Source of the DNA: an uncultured bacterium
GTDB taxonomy: Bacteria; Actinomycetota; Coriobacteriia; Coriobacteriales; Coriobacteriaceae
Assembly (NCBI GenBank): GCA_905215135.1
Contig: CAJMOX010000009.1
Coordinates: 16,768-80,767 of the forward strand
Direction: 5' to 3'
DNA length: 64,000 nt
Position numbers and translations under genes: made by a program. Under the pieces are notes generated by a model that worked only from the letters and a program-made list of their open reading frames with translations, had not been told where the DNA came from and did not search any database. Below are positions 53,097 through 64,000 of the stretch, piece by piece (position 1 is the first letter of the stretch; every line of letters begins with the position of its first letter).

Positions 53097-54638
53097 ATGT
53101 CGTTGAATCTGGGCAGCCTGGGCATGGAAGATGCCTCGTTTGACTTTGGCGGTTCCTACATCATGGCGCTCGACTGCGGCACCACCTCGGTACTTGCGAC
53201 CATCGTCGACGAGTACGGCTGCATCGTCGCGCAGGCACGTCGCAGCGTCAAAACCAGCTTCCCGCGTCCCGGTTGGGTAGAGCAAGACCCCATGGCGGTC
53301 CTTGCTAGCCAGATCGCCGTCATGATGGAAGTCCAGTTTAAGAGCGGTATCCACTCCGACCGCATTGCCGCCATCGGCATCTCCAACCAGCGCGAGACCA
53401 CGGTGGTCTGGGATCGCGTGAGCGGTCAGCCGATCTATAACGCTATCGTATGGCAGTGCCGCCGTACCGCGCCGGCAATCGACGCGTTGGTTGAACAGGG
53501 TTGCGAGGAGCTGGTGCGCTCCCGCACGGGACTCACGCTCGACCCGTATTTCTCGGCCTCCAAGGTACAGTGGATTCTCGACAACGTCGACGGCGCACGC
53601 GAGAGCGCGGCGGCGGGCGACCTCATGTTTGGCACCATCGACACCTGGCTCATCTACAACCTCACCGGCGGCCAGGTCTTTGCCACCGACTACACCAATG
53701 CCAGCCGCACGGCACTCTTTAATATCCATACGCTCGATTGGGACGACGACCTGCTGGCACTCTTTGACGTTCCACGTTCCATGATGCCCGAGGTTCGCTG
53801 GAGCTCGGGCGACTACGGCCGCGTCGCGAGCGACATCATGACCAACATGCCGCCCATCATGGGCGTGGCGGGTGACCAACAGGCGTCGCTGTTCGGCCAC
53901 TGCTGTTTCCGTCCCGGCCAGACCAAAAACACCTATGGCACGGGTTGCTTTATGCTCATGAACACCGGCGACGAGATCGTCGAATCCAAGAATGGCCTGG
54001 TCTCCACCATCGGTATCGCTGCGGACGGCAAAGTCAGCTATGCGCTCGAGGGCTCTATTTTTGCCGCCGGCTCAACGATGAACTGGCTTCGCAACAACAT
54101 GGGCATCATCTCGAGCGTGAGCGAGTCGGCACAACTCGCCGCTTCGATTAGCGACAACGAGGGCTGCTACTTCGTTCCCGCCTTTGCGGGTTTGGGTGCT
54201 CCCTGGTGGGACCCGCATGCTCGCGGTATCGTGTGCGGTCTGACCGGCGCCTCGAGCCGTGCGACCATCGTACGTGCCGCCTGCGAATCCATGGCATATC
54301 AGAGCTACGACGTGCTGCGCGCCATGGAGCAGGACGTGGGGCTTTCGATTGAGCGCCTGTCTGTCGATGGTGGTGCCTCGCGCAACGAGTTCATCATGCA
54401 ATTCCAGGCCGACCTGCTGGATATCCCCGTGCTGCAATGCGAGACGGTGGAGACCACGGCAATCGGTGCCGCGTACTTGGCGGGTCTTGCCGTCGGCTAT
54501 TGGGAAGACCTGGAAGAGCTGGAGCAAAATGCCCAGATCGTTAGGACCTTCCTTCCCCACATGTCCGCCGAGCGCCGCGAGCAAAACCTTGCGGGCTGGC
54601 GTGATGCAGTCAGGCGCTCACTCAGCACCTCACAGTAG
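53097..54638 (+). CDS. glpK: Glycerol kinase (FGGY family)
   Basis: PGWVEQDP, NQRETT, AIVWQCRRT, DPYFSASK, GDQQASLFG, KNTYGTGCF, DGG. Confidence 0.88.
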   Translation: MSLNLGSLGMEDASFDFGGSYIMALDCGTTSVLATIVDEYGCIVAQARRSVKTSFPRPGWVEQDPMAVLASQIAVMMEVQFKSGIHSDRIAAIGISNQRETTVVWDRVSGQPIYNAIVWQCRRTAPAIDALVEQGCEELVRSRTGLTLDPYFSASKVQWILDNVDGARESAAAGDLMFGTIDTWLIYNLTGGQVFATDYTNASRTALFNIHTLDWDDDLLALFDVPRSMMPEVRWSSGDYGRVASDIMTNMPPIMGVAGDQQASLFGHCCFRPGQTKNTYGTGCFMLMNTGDEIVESKNGLVSTIGIAADGKVSYALEGSIFAAGSTMNWLRNNMGIISSVSESAQLAASISDNEGCYFVPAFAGLGAPWWDPHARGIVCGLTGASSRATIVRAACESMAYQSYDVLRAMEQDVGLSIERLSVDGGASRNEFIMQFQADLLDIPVLQCETVETTAIGAAYLAGLAVGYWEDLEELEQNAQIVRTFLPHMSAERREQNLAGWRDAVRRSLSTSQ

Positions 54639-54761
54639 GGCTGCGATGGGCTGCTCGATACAACAAACCGCTAAACTAATGCATGGCGTGCGGCGGCAAC
54701 ATTGCTGCGCGCCTTGTCAGCTAGGCCGTTTTGCGGCCGCAACGAAAGGGGCAATCAATCC

Positions 54762-55409
54762 ATGACCGTCACCTACGATGCGTCCCGTGTGACGCTTGTC
54801 GATCACCCGCTCGTCCAGCACAAGCTGTCGATCCTGCGCGACAAAAACACCGGCACCAACCAGTTCCGTCAGCTCGTGCGCGAACTCGCGCTTTTTGACG
54901 GCTACGAGGCCATGCGCGACCTGCCTATGGAAGACGTCGAGGTCGAGACCCCTATCACCACCGCAACGTTTAAGCAGCTCGCCGGCAAGAAACTCGCCAT
55001 CGTGCCCATCCTGCGTGCGGGCCTTGGCATGGTCGACGGCATCCTCGACCTGGTGCCCTCCGCTCGCGTGGGCCACATCGGCATGGAGCGCGACGAGGTC
55101 ACCCACGAGCCGCACGAGTATTACTGCAAGATGCCCAAGGATATCGACCAGCGCATCTGCCTGGTCGTCGACCCCATGCTCGCCACGGGCGGTTCGGCCG
55201 AGATGGCCATCAGCTACCTGCGCGGGCGCGGTGTCAAGGACATCCGCATGCTGTGCATCGTCGCGGCCCCCGAGGGCCTCAAGTCGCTGACCGAGAAGGA
55301 TCCCGATGTACATATCTATACCTGCGCCATCGACGACCATCTCAACGAGGTTGCCTACATCGTTCCCGGCCTCGGCGACGCCGGCGACCGCATCTACGGC
55401 ACGCTCTAG
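54762..55409 (+). CDS. upp: Uracil phosphoribosyltransferase
   Basis: [40 protein letters not shown]. Confidence 0.96.
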   Translation: MTVTYDASRVTLVDHPLVQHKLSILRDKNTGTNQFRQLVRELALFDGYEAMRDLPMEDVEVETPITTATFKQLAGKKLAIVPILRAGLGMVDGILDLVPSARVGHIGMERDEVTHEPHEYYCKMPKDIDQRICLVVDPMLATGGSAEMAISYLRGRGVKDIRMLCIVAAPEGLKSLTEKDPDVHIYTCAIDDHLNEVAYIVPGLGDAGDRIYGTL

Positions 55410-55689
55410 TCGCTGGGCTAAACGGCCGCGGCTGCAAATACGAAGAAACGGTGCGCGCGGACGAACAAAAGGCGACCGCGCGCACTCCTGTTAACGGACG
55501 TTTTGCCCTGCAGGGTTCGAGAAAAACGTATTACCGTACCTGCGGCATAAAGAAGGTCTTAAGAAAACGAACAGGTGCGTATTAACCGATGCTTTTTCGG
55601 TTGTACTTTAGCGATTGGCTCGTACAATAGTCACCAATGTTTGGCGGGAACTGTTCTGTGAAGCGTTAAAAAGGAAAGTGAGGACGCCA

Positions 55690-56001
55690 GTGTTTCAGAT
55701 AGCCGATCTGCTCGCTATCGTTGCAGGCGCCATCGCGGGCGCAATTGCCTTCCTTCCCTTTGTCTTTACGCTCAAGCCGGTTCTTGACGATAAACAGAAT
55801 GCGGACATGCTCAAGGGTATGGTGAGTCTTGCGGTCTCGGCAATCGCCCTGCTCGTCTTTACCTTGGTTGTGTTTGTGTTGTTCGGAGAGGCATTTCGCA
55901 TGTTCCTCCTGGGCGAGGCGATCGGCTTCGTGGCCTTTATGGCTGCCTGCACGGTTCGTGTCGTCAAGGCGCTGCGAGATCCTCATGAGGTCGAAAGGTA
56001 A
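55690..56001 (+). CDS. AtpI-like membrane protein
   Basis: Small hydrophobic ORF immediately upstream of atpB; start uncertain. Confidence 0.6.
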   Translation: MFQIADLLAIVAGAIAGAIAFLPFVFTLKPVLDDKQNADMLKGMVSLAVSAIALLVFTLVVFVLFGEAFRMFLLGEAIGFVAFMAACTVRVVKALRDPHEVER

Positions 56002-56004
56002 GTC

Positions 56005-56808
56005 GTGGAAATTTTTGAAAAGCTGCCTGATGAGATTAATCATCTGGTCAGCGAGTTCAGCTCCACCCCTGTCGTGGGCGATCTGAGCTGCGGCATCACG
56101 CAGTACTCGTTTTGGCTGATCGTCTCCACGATCGTGCTCCTGATCGTCCTGGCCGTGTTCAAGAAGAAGCAGACCCTGGTCCCCAAGGGCTTCTTCGTCA
56201 ACGGTTTCGAGTACATCATCGAGTACGTCGAGAACGATATCGGCAAGGGCGTCGTGGGTGAGAACTGGAAGAAGCACTTCCCGTTCCTGTGCTCGCTTTT
56301 CCTGTTCATCCTGATCAATAACATGATCGGCCTGATTCCGGGAATGAAGCCCGGCACCGGCGCAATCGGCTCCACCGCCGCGCTCGCCATCTTCGCCTTC
56401 GTGTATTTCATCTACTACGGATGCAAGGCTCACGGCGTGATCGGCTACATCAAGAGCCTCGCCCCGCAGGGCGTAAGCTTCCCGATGAACGTGCTTGTGT
56501 GGGTCGTCGAGCTTTTCTCGACCTTCCTGCGTCTCATCACGCTTGCCGTCCGTCTGTTCTGCAACATGTTCGCAGGACACGTGGTCATGGGCTCGTTCGC
56601 CATCATGGCGAGCATGTTCATGCAGCCGCTGCTTCAGCAGGTTTCCGCGGCCCACGCCGTTGGCGCCCTGCCTTCGCTGGCCTGGCTTGCCATCCTCATC
56701 CTGATCTATGCGATCGAGCTTGTGGTCGGCGCCATCCAGGCTTACGTCTTCACGGTCCTTACCGCCGTGTATGTCTCCGAGGCAGAGGAGGTCGCGGAGG
56801 AGGAGTAG
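56005..56808 (+). CDS. atpB: ATP synthase F0 subunit a
   Basis: LAVRLFCNMFAGH, IQAYVFTVLT. Confidence 0.96.
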   Translation: MEIFEKLPDEINHLVSEFSSTPVVGDLSCGITQYSFWLIVSTIVLLIVLAVFKKKQTLVPKGFFVNGFEYIIEYVENDIGKGVVGENWKKHFPFLCSLFLFILINNMIGLIPGMKPGTGAIGSTAALAIFAFVYFIYYGCKAHGVIGYIKSLAPQGVSFPMNVLVWVVELFSTFLRLITLAVRLFCNMFAGHVVMGSFAIMASMFMQPLLQQVSAAHAVGALPSLAWLAILILIYAIELVVGAIQAYVFTVLTAVYVSEAEEVAEEE

Positions 56809-56932
56809 CCTTCCGCTCGCGCCTTAAAGGTAAGCAATTCGTTAAACCGCCGGTGCCCGTACCCATGGAGCCCGGCAGTTATAAAAAAGGTTATCCTGCG
56901 TGAAATAAGACACGCACGACAAAGGAGGAATC

Positions 56933-57127
56933 GTGGGAGTTATCGGTTACGGTCTCGGTGTTATCGGCGCTGGTCTTGCTATCGGCCTGTCTGCTCTGGG
57001 TGCTACGGGTGCTATGGCCCGTCAGCCTGAGGTCCAGGGCCGCGTGTTCACCGTCTTCATCATGGGCTCCGCCTTCGGCGAGGCTCTGGCTCTGATCGGC
57101 TTCGTTGTCGCGCTGATCGTTAAATAG
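56933..57127 (+). CDS. atpE: ATP synthase F0 subunit c
   Basis: ARQPE loop and conserved carboxylate in FGEAL; AAGGAGG RBS. Confidence 0.96.
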   Translation: MGVIGYGLGVIGAGLAIGLSALGATGAMARQPEVQGRVFTVFIMGSAFGEALALIGFVVALIVK

Positions 57128-57142
57128 CACGGAGCGTCAAGT

Positions 57143-57745
57143 ATGAATCTTTCATCCCAGAAGAGCGCGATCGCACTCTCCGCGTCCGCGGCCGCGCTGC
57201 TCATGCCGGTTTCCGCGTTCGCCGAGGACGGCGCTGCCGGTGCGGACATCCTCATCCCTAAGATGGCGGAGTTCATCCCGGCGCTTATCGCCTTCCTGAT
57301 CATCTGGATCGTGCTGGCCAAGGTCGCCCTGCCGGGCATCATGAAAACCATGGAGGAGCGCGGCAAGAAGATCGAGGAGAGCCTCGACGAGGTCGAGAAG
57401 ACCAAGCAGGAGGCTATCGCCAAGCGCGCTGAGTCCGACTCGATCGTTACCGACGCCCGTCGTCAGGCTGCCGACATCGTTCTCGAGGCCCGTAAGGACG
57501 CCGAGTCCGAGCGCGCCCGTATCATCGAGGCTGCTCACAAGGAGGCCGAGGAGATCATCGCCAAGGCCCACACGACCGTCGAGGACGAGCGCAAGTCCAT
57601 CTACGCCGGTGCCGCGAGCTCTATCGCCGACCTGTCCGTTGCCGTCGCCACCAAGATCGTGGGCGAGGCACTCGAGGACGAGGCCGAGCAGAAGAAGCTC
57701 ATCGAGCGCTACATCCAGGAAGCAGGTAGCCTGAATGCCGACTAG
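57143..57745 (+). CDS. atpF: ATP synthase F0 subunit b
   Basis: TM then PGIMKTMEERGKKI coiled coil; operon position. Confidence 0.94.
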   Translation: MNLSSQKSAIALSASAAALLMPVSAFAEDGAAGADILIPKMAEFIPALIAFLIIWIVLAKVALPGIMKTMEERGKKIEESLDEVEKTKQEAIAKRAESDSIVTDARRQAADIVLEARKDAESERARIIEAAHKEAEEIIAKAHTTVEDERKSIYAGAASSIADLSVAVATKIVGEALEDEAEQKKLIERYIQEAGSLNAD

Positions 57746-58211
57746 CCGCTATCAGGACAAGGTGCTCGAGACCTACGCGCGCTCCCTTTTGGAAGCCGCC
57801 AAGGCCGAGAACCATGTATTCGAGGACCTCGAGATGATCGAGCGTCTGGCTAGCGCCAGCCCCGAGATCATCGCTGTGCTCGACACCATGTCCAAGCGCG
57901 ACCAGCTCGACCTTCTTCCCAAGGTGGCAGCTGCCTTTAAGTATGTTGCCGAGGAAGACGAGGATGTAGTGGGCGTGACCGTCACCACGGCGATCCCGCT
58001 CGACGACGAGCTGCGTCAAACCATCACTAAGAAATGCGAGCAGGACTTCGGCCGCAAGGTATTCCTTATCGAGCAGGTCGACCCGTCTATCGTGGGCGGC
58101 CTGGTGCTCGAGGCCCGCGGCGAGCGTCGTGACATTTCCGTCAAGACGCAGCTGCGCATCGCGCAGGAGACCCTCGCAAACTCTGCTAATTCGTACGGAG
58201 GTGAAGCCTAA
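57735..58211 (+). CDS. atpH: ATP synthase F1 subunit delta
   Basis: [24 protein letters not shown]. Confidence 0.9.
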   Translation: MPTSRYQDKVLETYARSLLEAAKAENHVFEDLEMIERLASASPEIIAVLDTMSKRDQLDLLPKVAAAFKYVAEEDEDVVGVTVTTAIPLDDELRQTITKKCEQDFGRKVFLIEQVDPSIVGGLVLEARGERRDISVKTQLRIAQETLANSANSYGGEA

Positions 58212-59809
58212 TGTCCGAAACCCTCAATGCCCAGGATATCGCCAAGAAACTGCAGGAGCAGCTCACGAGCCTCTCCGCGACGGTCGATACGCATGAGGTT
58301 TCAACGGTCGACGAGGTAGGCGACGGCATCGCGCGCGTCTCCGGCCTCAAGAGCGCCATGGCAGGCGAGCTTCTGGAGTTCAAGAGCTCCGATACCGGTG
58401 AGACCGTCTTCGGCCTTGCCCAGAACCTTGACCGTGACGAGGTCGGCGCCGTTCTGTTCGGTGCCGTCGACTCCATCAAGGAAGGCGACGAGTGCCGCAC
58501 CACTGGCCGCATTATGGATATCCCTGTGAGCCGCGCCATGCTCGGCCGCGTCGTCAATCCGCTCGGCCAGCCTATCGACGGTTTGGGTGACATCGTCGCC
58601 ACGCACCGTCGCCCCATCGAGTTCAAGGCCCCCGGTGTCATCGACCGTACCCCGGTGTGCGAGCCGGTTCAGACCGGCCTGCTGGCCATCGACTCCATGG
58701 TGCCTATCGGCCGCGGTCAGCGTGAGCTCATCATCGGCGACCGTAAGACCGGTAAGACCGCCATCGCCATCGACGCTATCCTCAACCAGCGCGGCAAGGG
58801 CATGGTCTGCATCTATGTCGCCATCGGCCAGAAGGCCTCCACGGTTGCCAACATCCGCGAGACCCTCGCTCAGCACGGTGCGCTCGACTATACCATCATC
58901 GTTTCGGCCACCGCTGCCGATTCCGCCCCTATGCAGTACATCGCGCCTATGGCCGGTGCCGCTATCGGCGAGTTCTTCATGTACAACGGCGAGGACGGCA
59001 AGCCCGCCAGCGAGACCAACCCCGGCGGCCACGTGCTCGTCATCTACGACGACCTGTCCAAGCAGGCTGTGGCCTACCGTCAGATGTCGCTGACGCTGCA
59101 TCGTCCGCCCGGACGCGAGGCCTATCCTGGCGACATCTTCTACCTGCACTCTCGTCTGCTCGAGCGTGCCGTCAAGATGTCCAAGAAGAACGGTTACGGC
59201 TCCATGACGGCACTGCCGATCATCGAGACCCAGGACGGCGACGTCTCGGCCTACATTCCGACCAACGTCATTTCCATTACCGATGGTCAGATCTACCTGC
59301 AGTCCGAGCTCTTCTTCCAGGGTCAGCGCCCGGCAGTCGACGTGGGCATCTCCGTGTCCCGCGTCGGTGGCGATGCGCAGACCAAGGCCATGAAGCAGGT
59401 CGCCGGCAACCTCCGTCTGGACCTCGCTTCGTACCAGGAGCTCGCTGGCTTTACGCAGTTCGGCTCCGACCTCGACGAGGCTACTCAGAAGCAGCTGACC
59501 CATGGTGCTCGCATGACCGAGCTCCTGAAGCAGCCGCGTTACAAGCCGTTTGAGGTTGGCGAGCAGATCGTTACGCTGTTCGCTGGCAACGAGGGCTTCC
59601 TGGATGACCTGGAGATCGCCGACGTGCTGCCCTTCCGTGCCGAGCTCATCGAGTACATGGACAATGGCTTTGGTTCGCTGCTCGACAAGGTTCGCGCCAA
59701 GAAGATCGATGATGACACCAAGGCTGAGCTCTTGCGCGTCATCGGCGACTTCAAGCAGCAGTTCATGGCCAAGCACCATTCGGATGTTTCTGGATCAGAG
59801 GAGAACTAA
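58211..59809 (+). CDS. atpA: ATP synthase F1 subunit alpha
   Basis: [27 protein letters not shown]. Confidence 0.98.
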   Translation: MSETLNAQDIAKKLQEQLTSLSATVDTHEVSTVDEVGDGIARVSGLKSAMAGELLEFKSSDTGETVFGLAQNLDRDEVGAVLFGAVDSIKEGDECRTTGRIMDIPVSRAMLGRVVNPLGQPIDGLGDIVATHRRPIEFKAPGVIDRTPVCEPVQTGLLAIDSMVPIGRGQRELIIGDRKTGKTAIAIDAILNQRGKGMVCIYVAIGQKASTVANIRETLAQHGALDYTIIVSATAADSAPMQYIAPMAGAAIGEFFMYNGEDGKPASETNPGGHVLVIYDDLSKQAVAYRQMSLTLHRPPGREAYPGDIFYLHSRLLERAVKMSKKNGYGSMTALPIIETQDGDVSAYIPTNVISITDGQIYLQSELFFQGQRPAVDVGISVSRVGGDAQTKAMKQVAGNLRLDLASYQELAGFTQFGSDLDEATQKQLTHGARMTELLKQPRYKPFEVGEQIVTLFAGNEGFLDDLEIADVLPFRAELIEYMDNGFGSLLDKVRAKKIDDDTKAELLRVIGDFKQQFMAKHHSDVSGSEEN

Positions 59810-59814
59810 GCCCC

Positions 59815-62177
<2,363 letters not shown>

Positions 62178-62180
62178 GTT

Positions 62181-62573
62181 ATGCGTATCCGCATCGTGTG
62201 CCCCGTGAGCTGCGCCTATGAGGGCGACGCTGCGTTTGTGTCGATTCCGTCCACGGATGGCGAGTTTGGCGTCCTGCCTGCTCACTCCAGCGAGATCTGC
62301 ACGATCGACCGCGGTTACGTTCGCGTTTCCGATAAGGCCATGGGCACTGTCGACCACACGTTTGCCGTGGCCGGCGGCTATGCCCAGGTTGCGGACGATG
62401 TCGTGACCGTTCTCGCCGAGCGCGCTTGCGATTTGGCGACCGTCGATGCCGACAAGCTTAAAGCTGATATTCAAGGTTTTGAAGAGAAGCTGGGTAATTT
62501 GTCGGAGGATGATGCACGCCGCGCCTACCTCTATAATGAAATCGCATGGTGTAAGCTCAAGCTTGCCCAATAG
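62181..62573 (+). CDS. atpC: ATP synthase F1 subunit epsilon
   Basis: GEFGVLPAH, GGYAQV, VTVLAE. Confidence 0.93.
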   Translation: MRIRIVCPVSCAYEGDAAFVSIPSTDGEFGVLPAHSSEICTIDRGYVRVSDKAMGTVDHTFAVAGGYAQVADDVVTVLAERACDLATVDADKLKADIQGFEEKLGNLSEDDARRAYLYNEIAWCKLKLAQ

Positions 62574-62608
62574 TCAAACGATTTAGCGTTCGACCATTTG
62601 CGAACACA

Positions 62609-62648
62609 TCATGCCCGGGATGGCCCAGCCACCCCGGGCATGCTTTTT
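62609..62648 (+). terminator. Terminator after the atp operon
   Basis: catgcccggg...cccgggcatg followed by ctttttg. Confidence 0.75.
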
Positions 62649-62661
62649 GAAAGGGTAGACC

Positions 62662-63945
62662 TTGGATATTATCCGCGTTGAGGGTGGCCACGCCATCGGA
62701 GGCTCCGTGCCCGTCTCGGGTGCCAAGAACTCCGCGCTCAAACTCATGGCGGCAACGCTTCTGGCGCCGGGCAAGACGACGCTGCAGAACGTGCCCGATA
62801 TTTCCGATGTCCACGTGATGGGCAAGGTGCTCAAGGGCATGGGCGCTACGATCGATGTTCTCGACGAGCACACGCTCGAGATTGATACCTCTCAGGTCGA
62901 TTCATGGGAGGCCCCCTACGAGCTCGTTGCCAAGATGCGCGCTTCCACCGCCGTCATGGGACCCCTGCTGGGCCGCTTCCATCGCGCCAAAATTGCCATG
63001 CCGGGCGGCTGCAACCTGGGTGCTCGCAAGATCGATATGCACATTCTTGGTCTTGAGGCCCTGGGCGTTGAGTTCGATACCGCCCACGGTTACATCAACG
63101 CTAATGCGCCCCAAGGTCTGCGCGGTACCACCGTCACGCTCGAGTTCGCCAGCGTCGGTGCGACCGAGAACCTCATCATGGCCTCTGTGCGCGCACAGGG
63201 CACCACGGTTATCGACAATGCCGCCCGCGAGCCCGAGATCGTCGATCTCGCTAACATGCTCAACGAGATGGGCGCCAAGATTGTTGGCGCCGGTACGCCC
63301 GTCGTGACTATCGAAGGCGTGGAAGAGCTCCATCCCGTTACCCATCGCGTGGTGGGCGACCGCATCGAGGCCGGTACCTTTATCGTTGCCGGTGCGTTGA
63401 TGGCCGACGATCGCGGTGTCGATATCACGGGCTTTTGCCCCATTCACTTGGGCATGGTGCTCAAGAAGATGGAGCTCATGGGTATCGACTGCGAGCGCGT
63501 CGAGGATGGCGTCCATGTGAACCGTGCCGAGCGTATCAAGCCGGTCGACATCCAGACGCTTCCGTTCCCCGGTTTCCCGACCGACATGCAGGCGCAGATT
63601 ATGGTGCTCTCCGCCCTTGCCGACGGCAGTTCCGTTATTACCGAAAACATCTTCGAGAATCGCTTTATGTTTGCCTCTGAGCTGGTGCGCATGGGTGCCG
63701 ACATTCGTATCGAGAGCCATCATGCCATGATTCATGGCGTCAAGGGCTTCTCGGGTGCACAGGTTACCTCGCCCGATCTGCGCGGCGGAGCGGCCCTCGT
63801 CGTAGCGGGCTTGATCGCCGACGGGACGACCGAGGTTTCGGCTATCCATCACATCAAGCGCGGCTACGAGCAGTTTGTCGAAAAGCTGCAGGCGCTTGGC
63901 GCGCATGTCGAGCATGCTACCGTCCCCGATCCCGTCATCTACTAA
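62662..63945 (+). CDS. murA: UDP-N-acetylglucosamine 1-carboxyvinyltransferase
   Basis: SGAKN, KMRAS, PGGCNLGAR, SVGATEN, PGFPTDMQ, DLRGG. Confidence 0.97.
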   Translation: MDIIRVEGGHAIGGSVPVSGAKNSALKLMAATLLAPGKTTLQNVPDISDVHVMGKVLKGMGATIDVLDEHTLEIDTSQVDSWEAPYELVAKMRASTAVMGPLLGRFHRAKIAMPGGCNLGARKIDMHILGLEALGVEFDTAHGYINANAPQGLRGTTVTLEFASVGATENLIMASVRAQGTTVIDNAAREPEIVDLANMLNEMGAKIVGAGTPVVTIEGVEELHPVTHRVVGDRIEAGTFIVAGALMADDRGVDITGFCPIHLGMVLKKMELMGIDCERVEDGVHVNRAERIKPVDIQTLPFPGFPTDMQAQIMVLSALADGSSVITENIFENRFMFASELVRMGADIRIESHHAMIHGVKGFSGAQVTSPDLRGGAALVVAGLIADGTTEVSAIHHIKRGYEQFVEKLQALGAHVEHATVPDPVIY

Positions 63946-64000
63946 TACAGGTTGCCTATGTTTAATAAAAAGCCCCTCGCGGATACCACCACCCGAAGAC

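Overview
High-GC (~60-65%) chromosomal segment, most consistent with a gut Coriobacteriia such as Collinsella (inferred from gene content and order, not from a search). Backbone genes: LTA-synthase-family gene, nitroreductase, Kup K+ transporter with a KdpD/KdpE-like pair, rlmKL, tex, MarR-ABC exporter pair, pyridoxal kinase, LMW phosphatase, amino-acid ABC system with an M20 peptidase, and prfA-prmC-(hicAB)-tsaC-glpK-upp-atpIBEFHAGDC-murA. Accessory material: (1) a ~9.7 kb carbohydrate island (RpiR, MFS, class II aldolase, Man-family PTS, aldo/keto reductase, esterase, Cof-HAD) beginning at an IS30 remnant and apparently interrupting a native Cof-HAD gene; (2) a DeoR/Asc-family PTS operon bracketed by two transaldolase paralogues; (3) a LysR-SDR-MFS-Gfo module. 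Intergenic DNA is rich in palindromes. The most striking non-coding signal is a 145-bp element in two copies (37980-38124, 49520-49664) whose differences include five compensatory base-pair changes, next to a dispersed family of GGGAC-core REP-like palindromes. No rRNA, tRNA or CRISPR array was seen.
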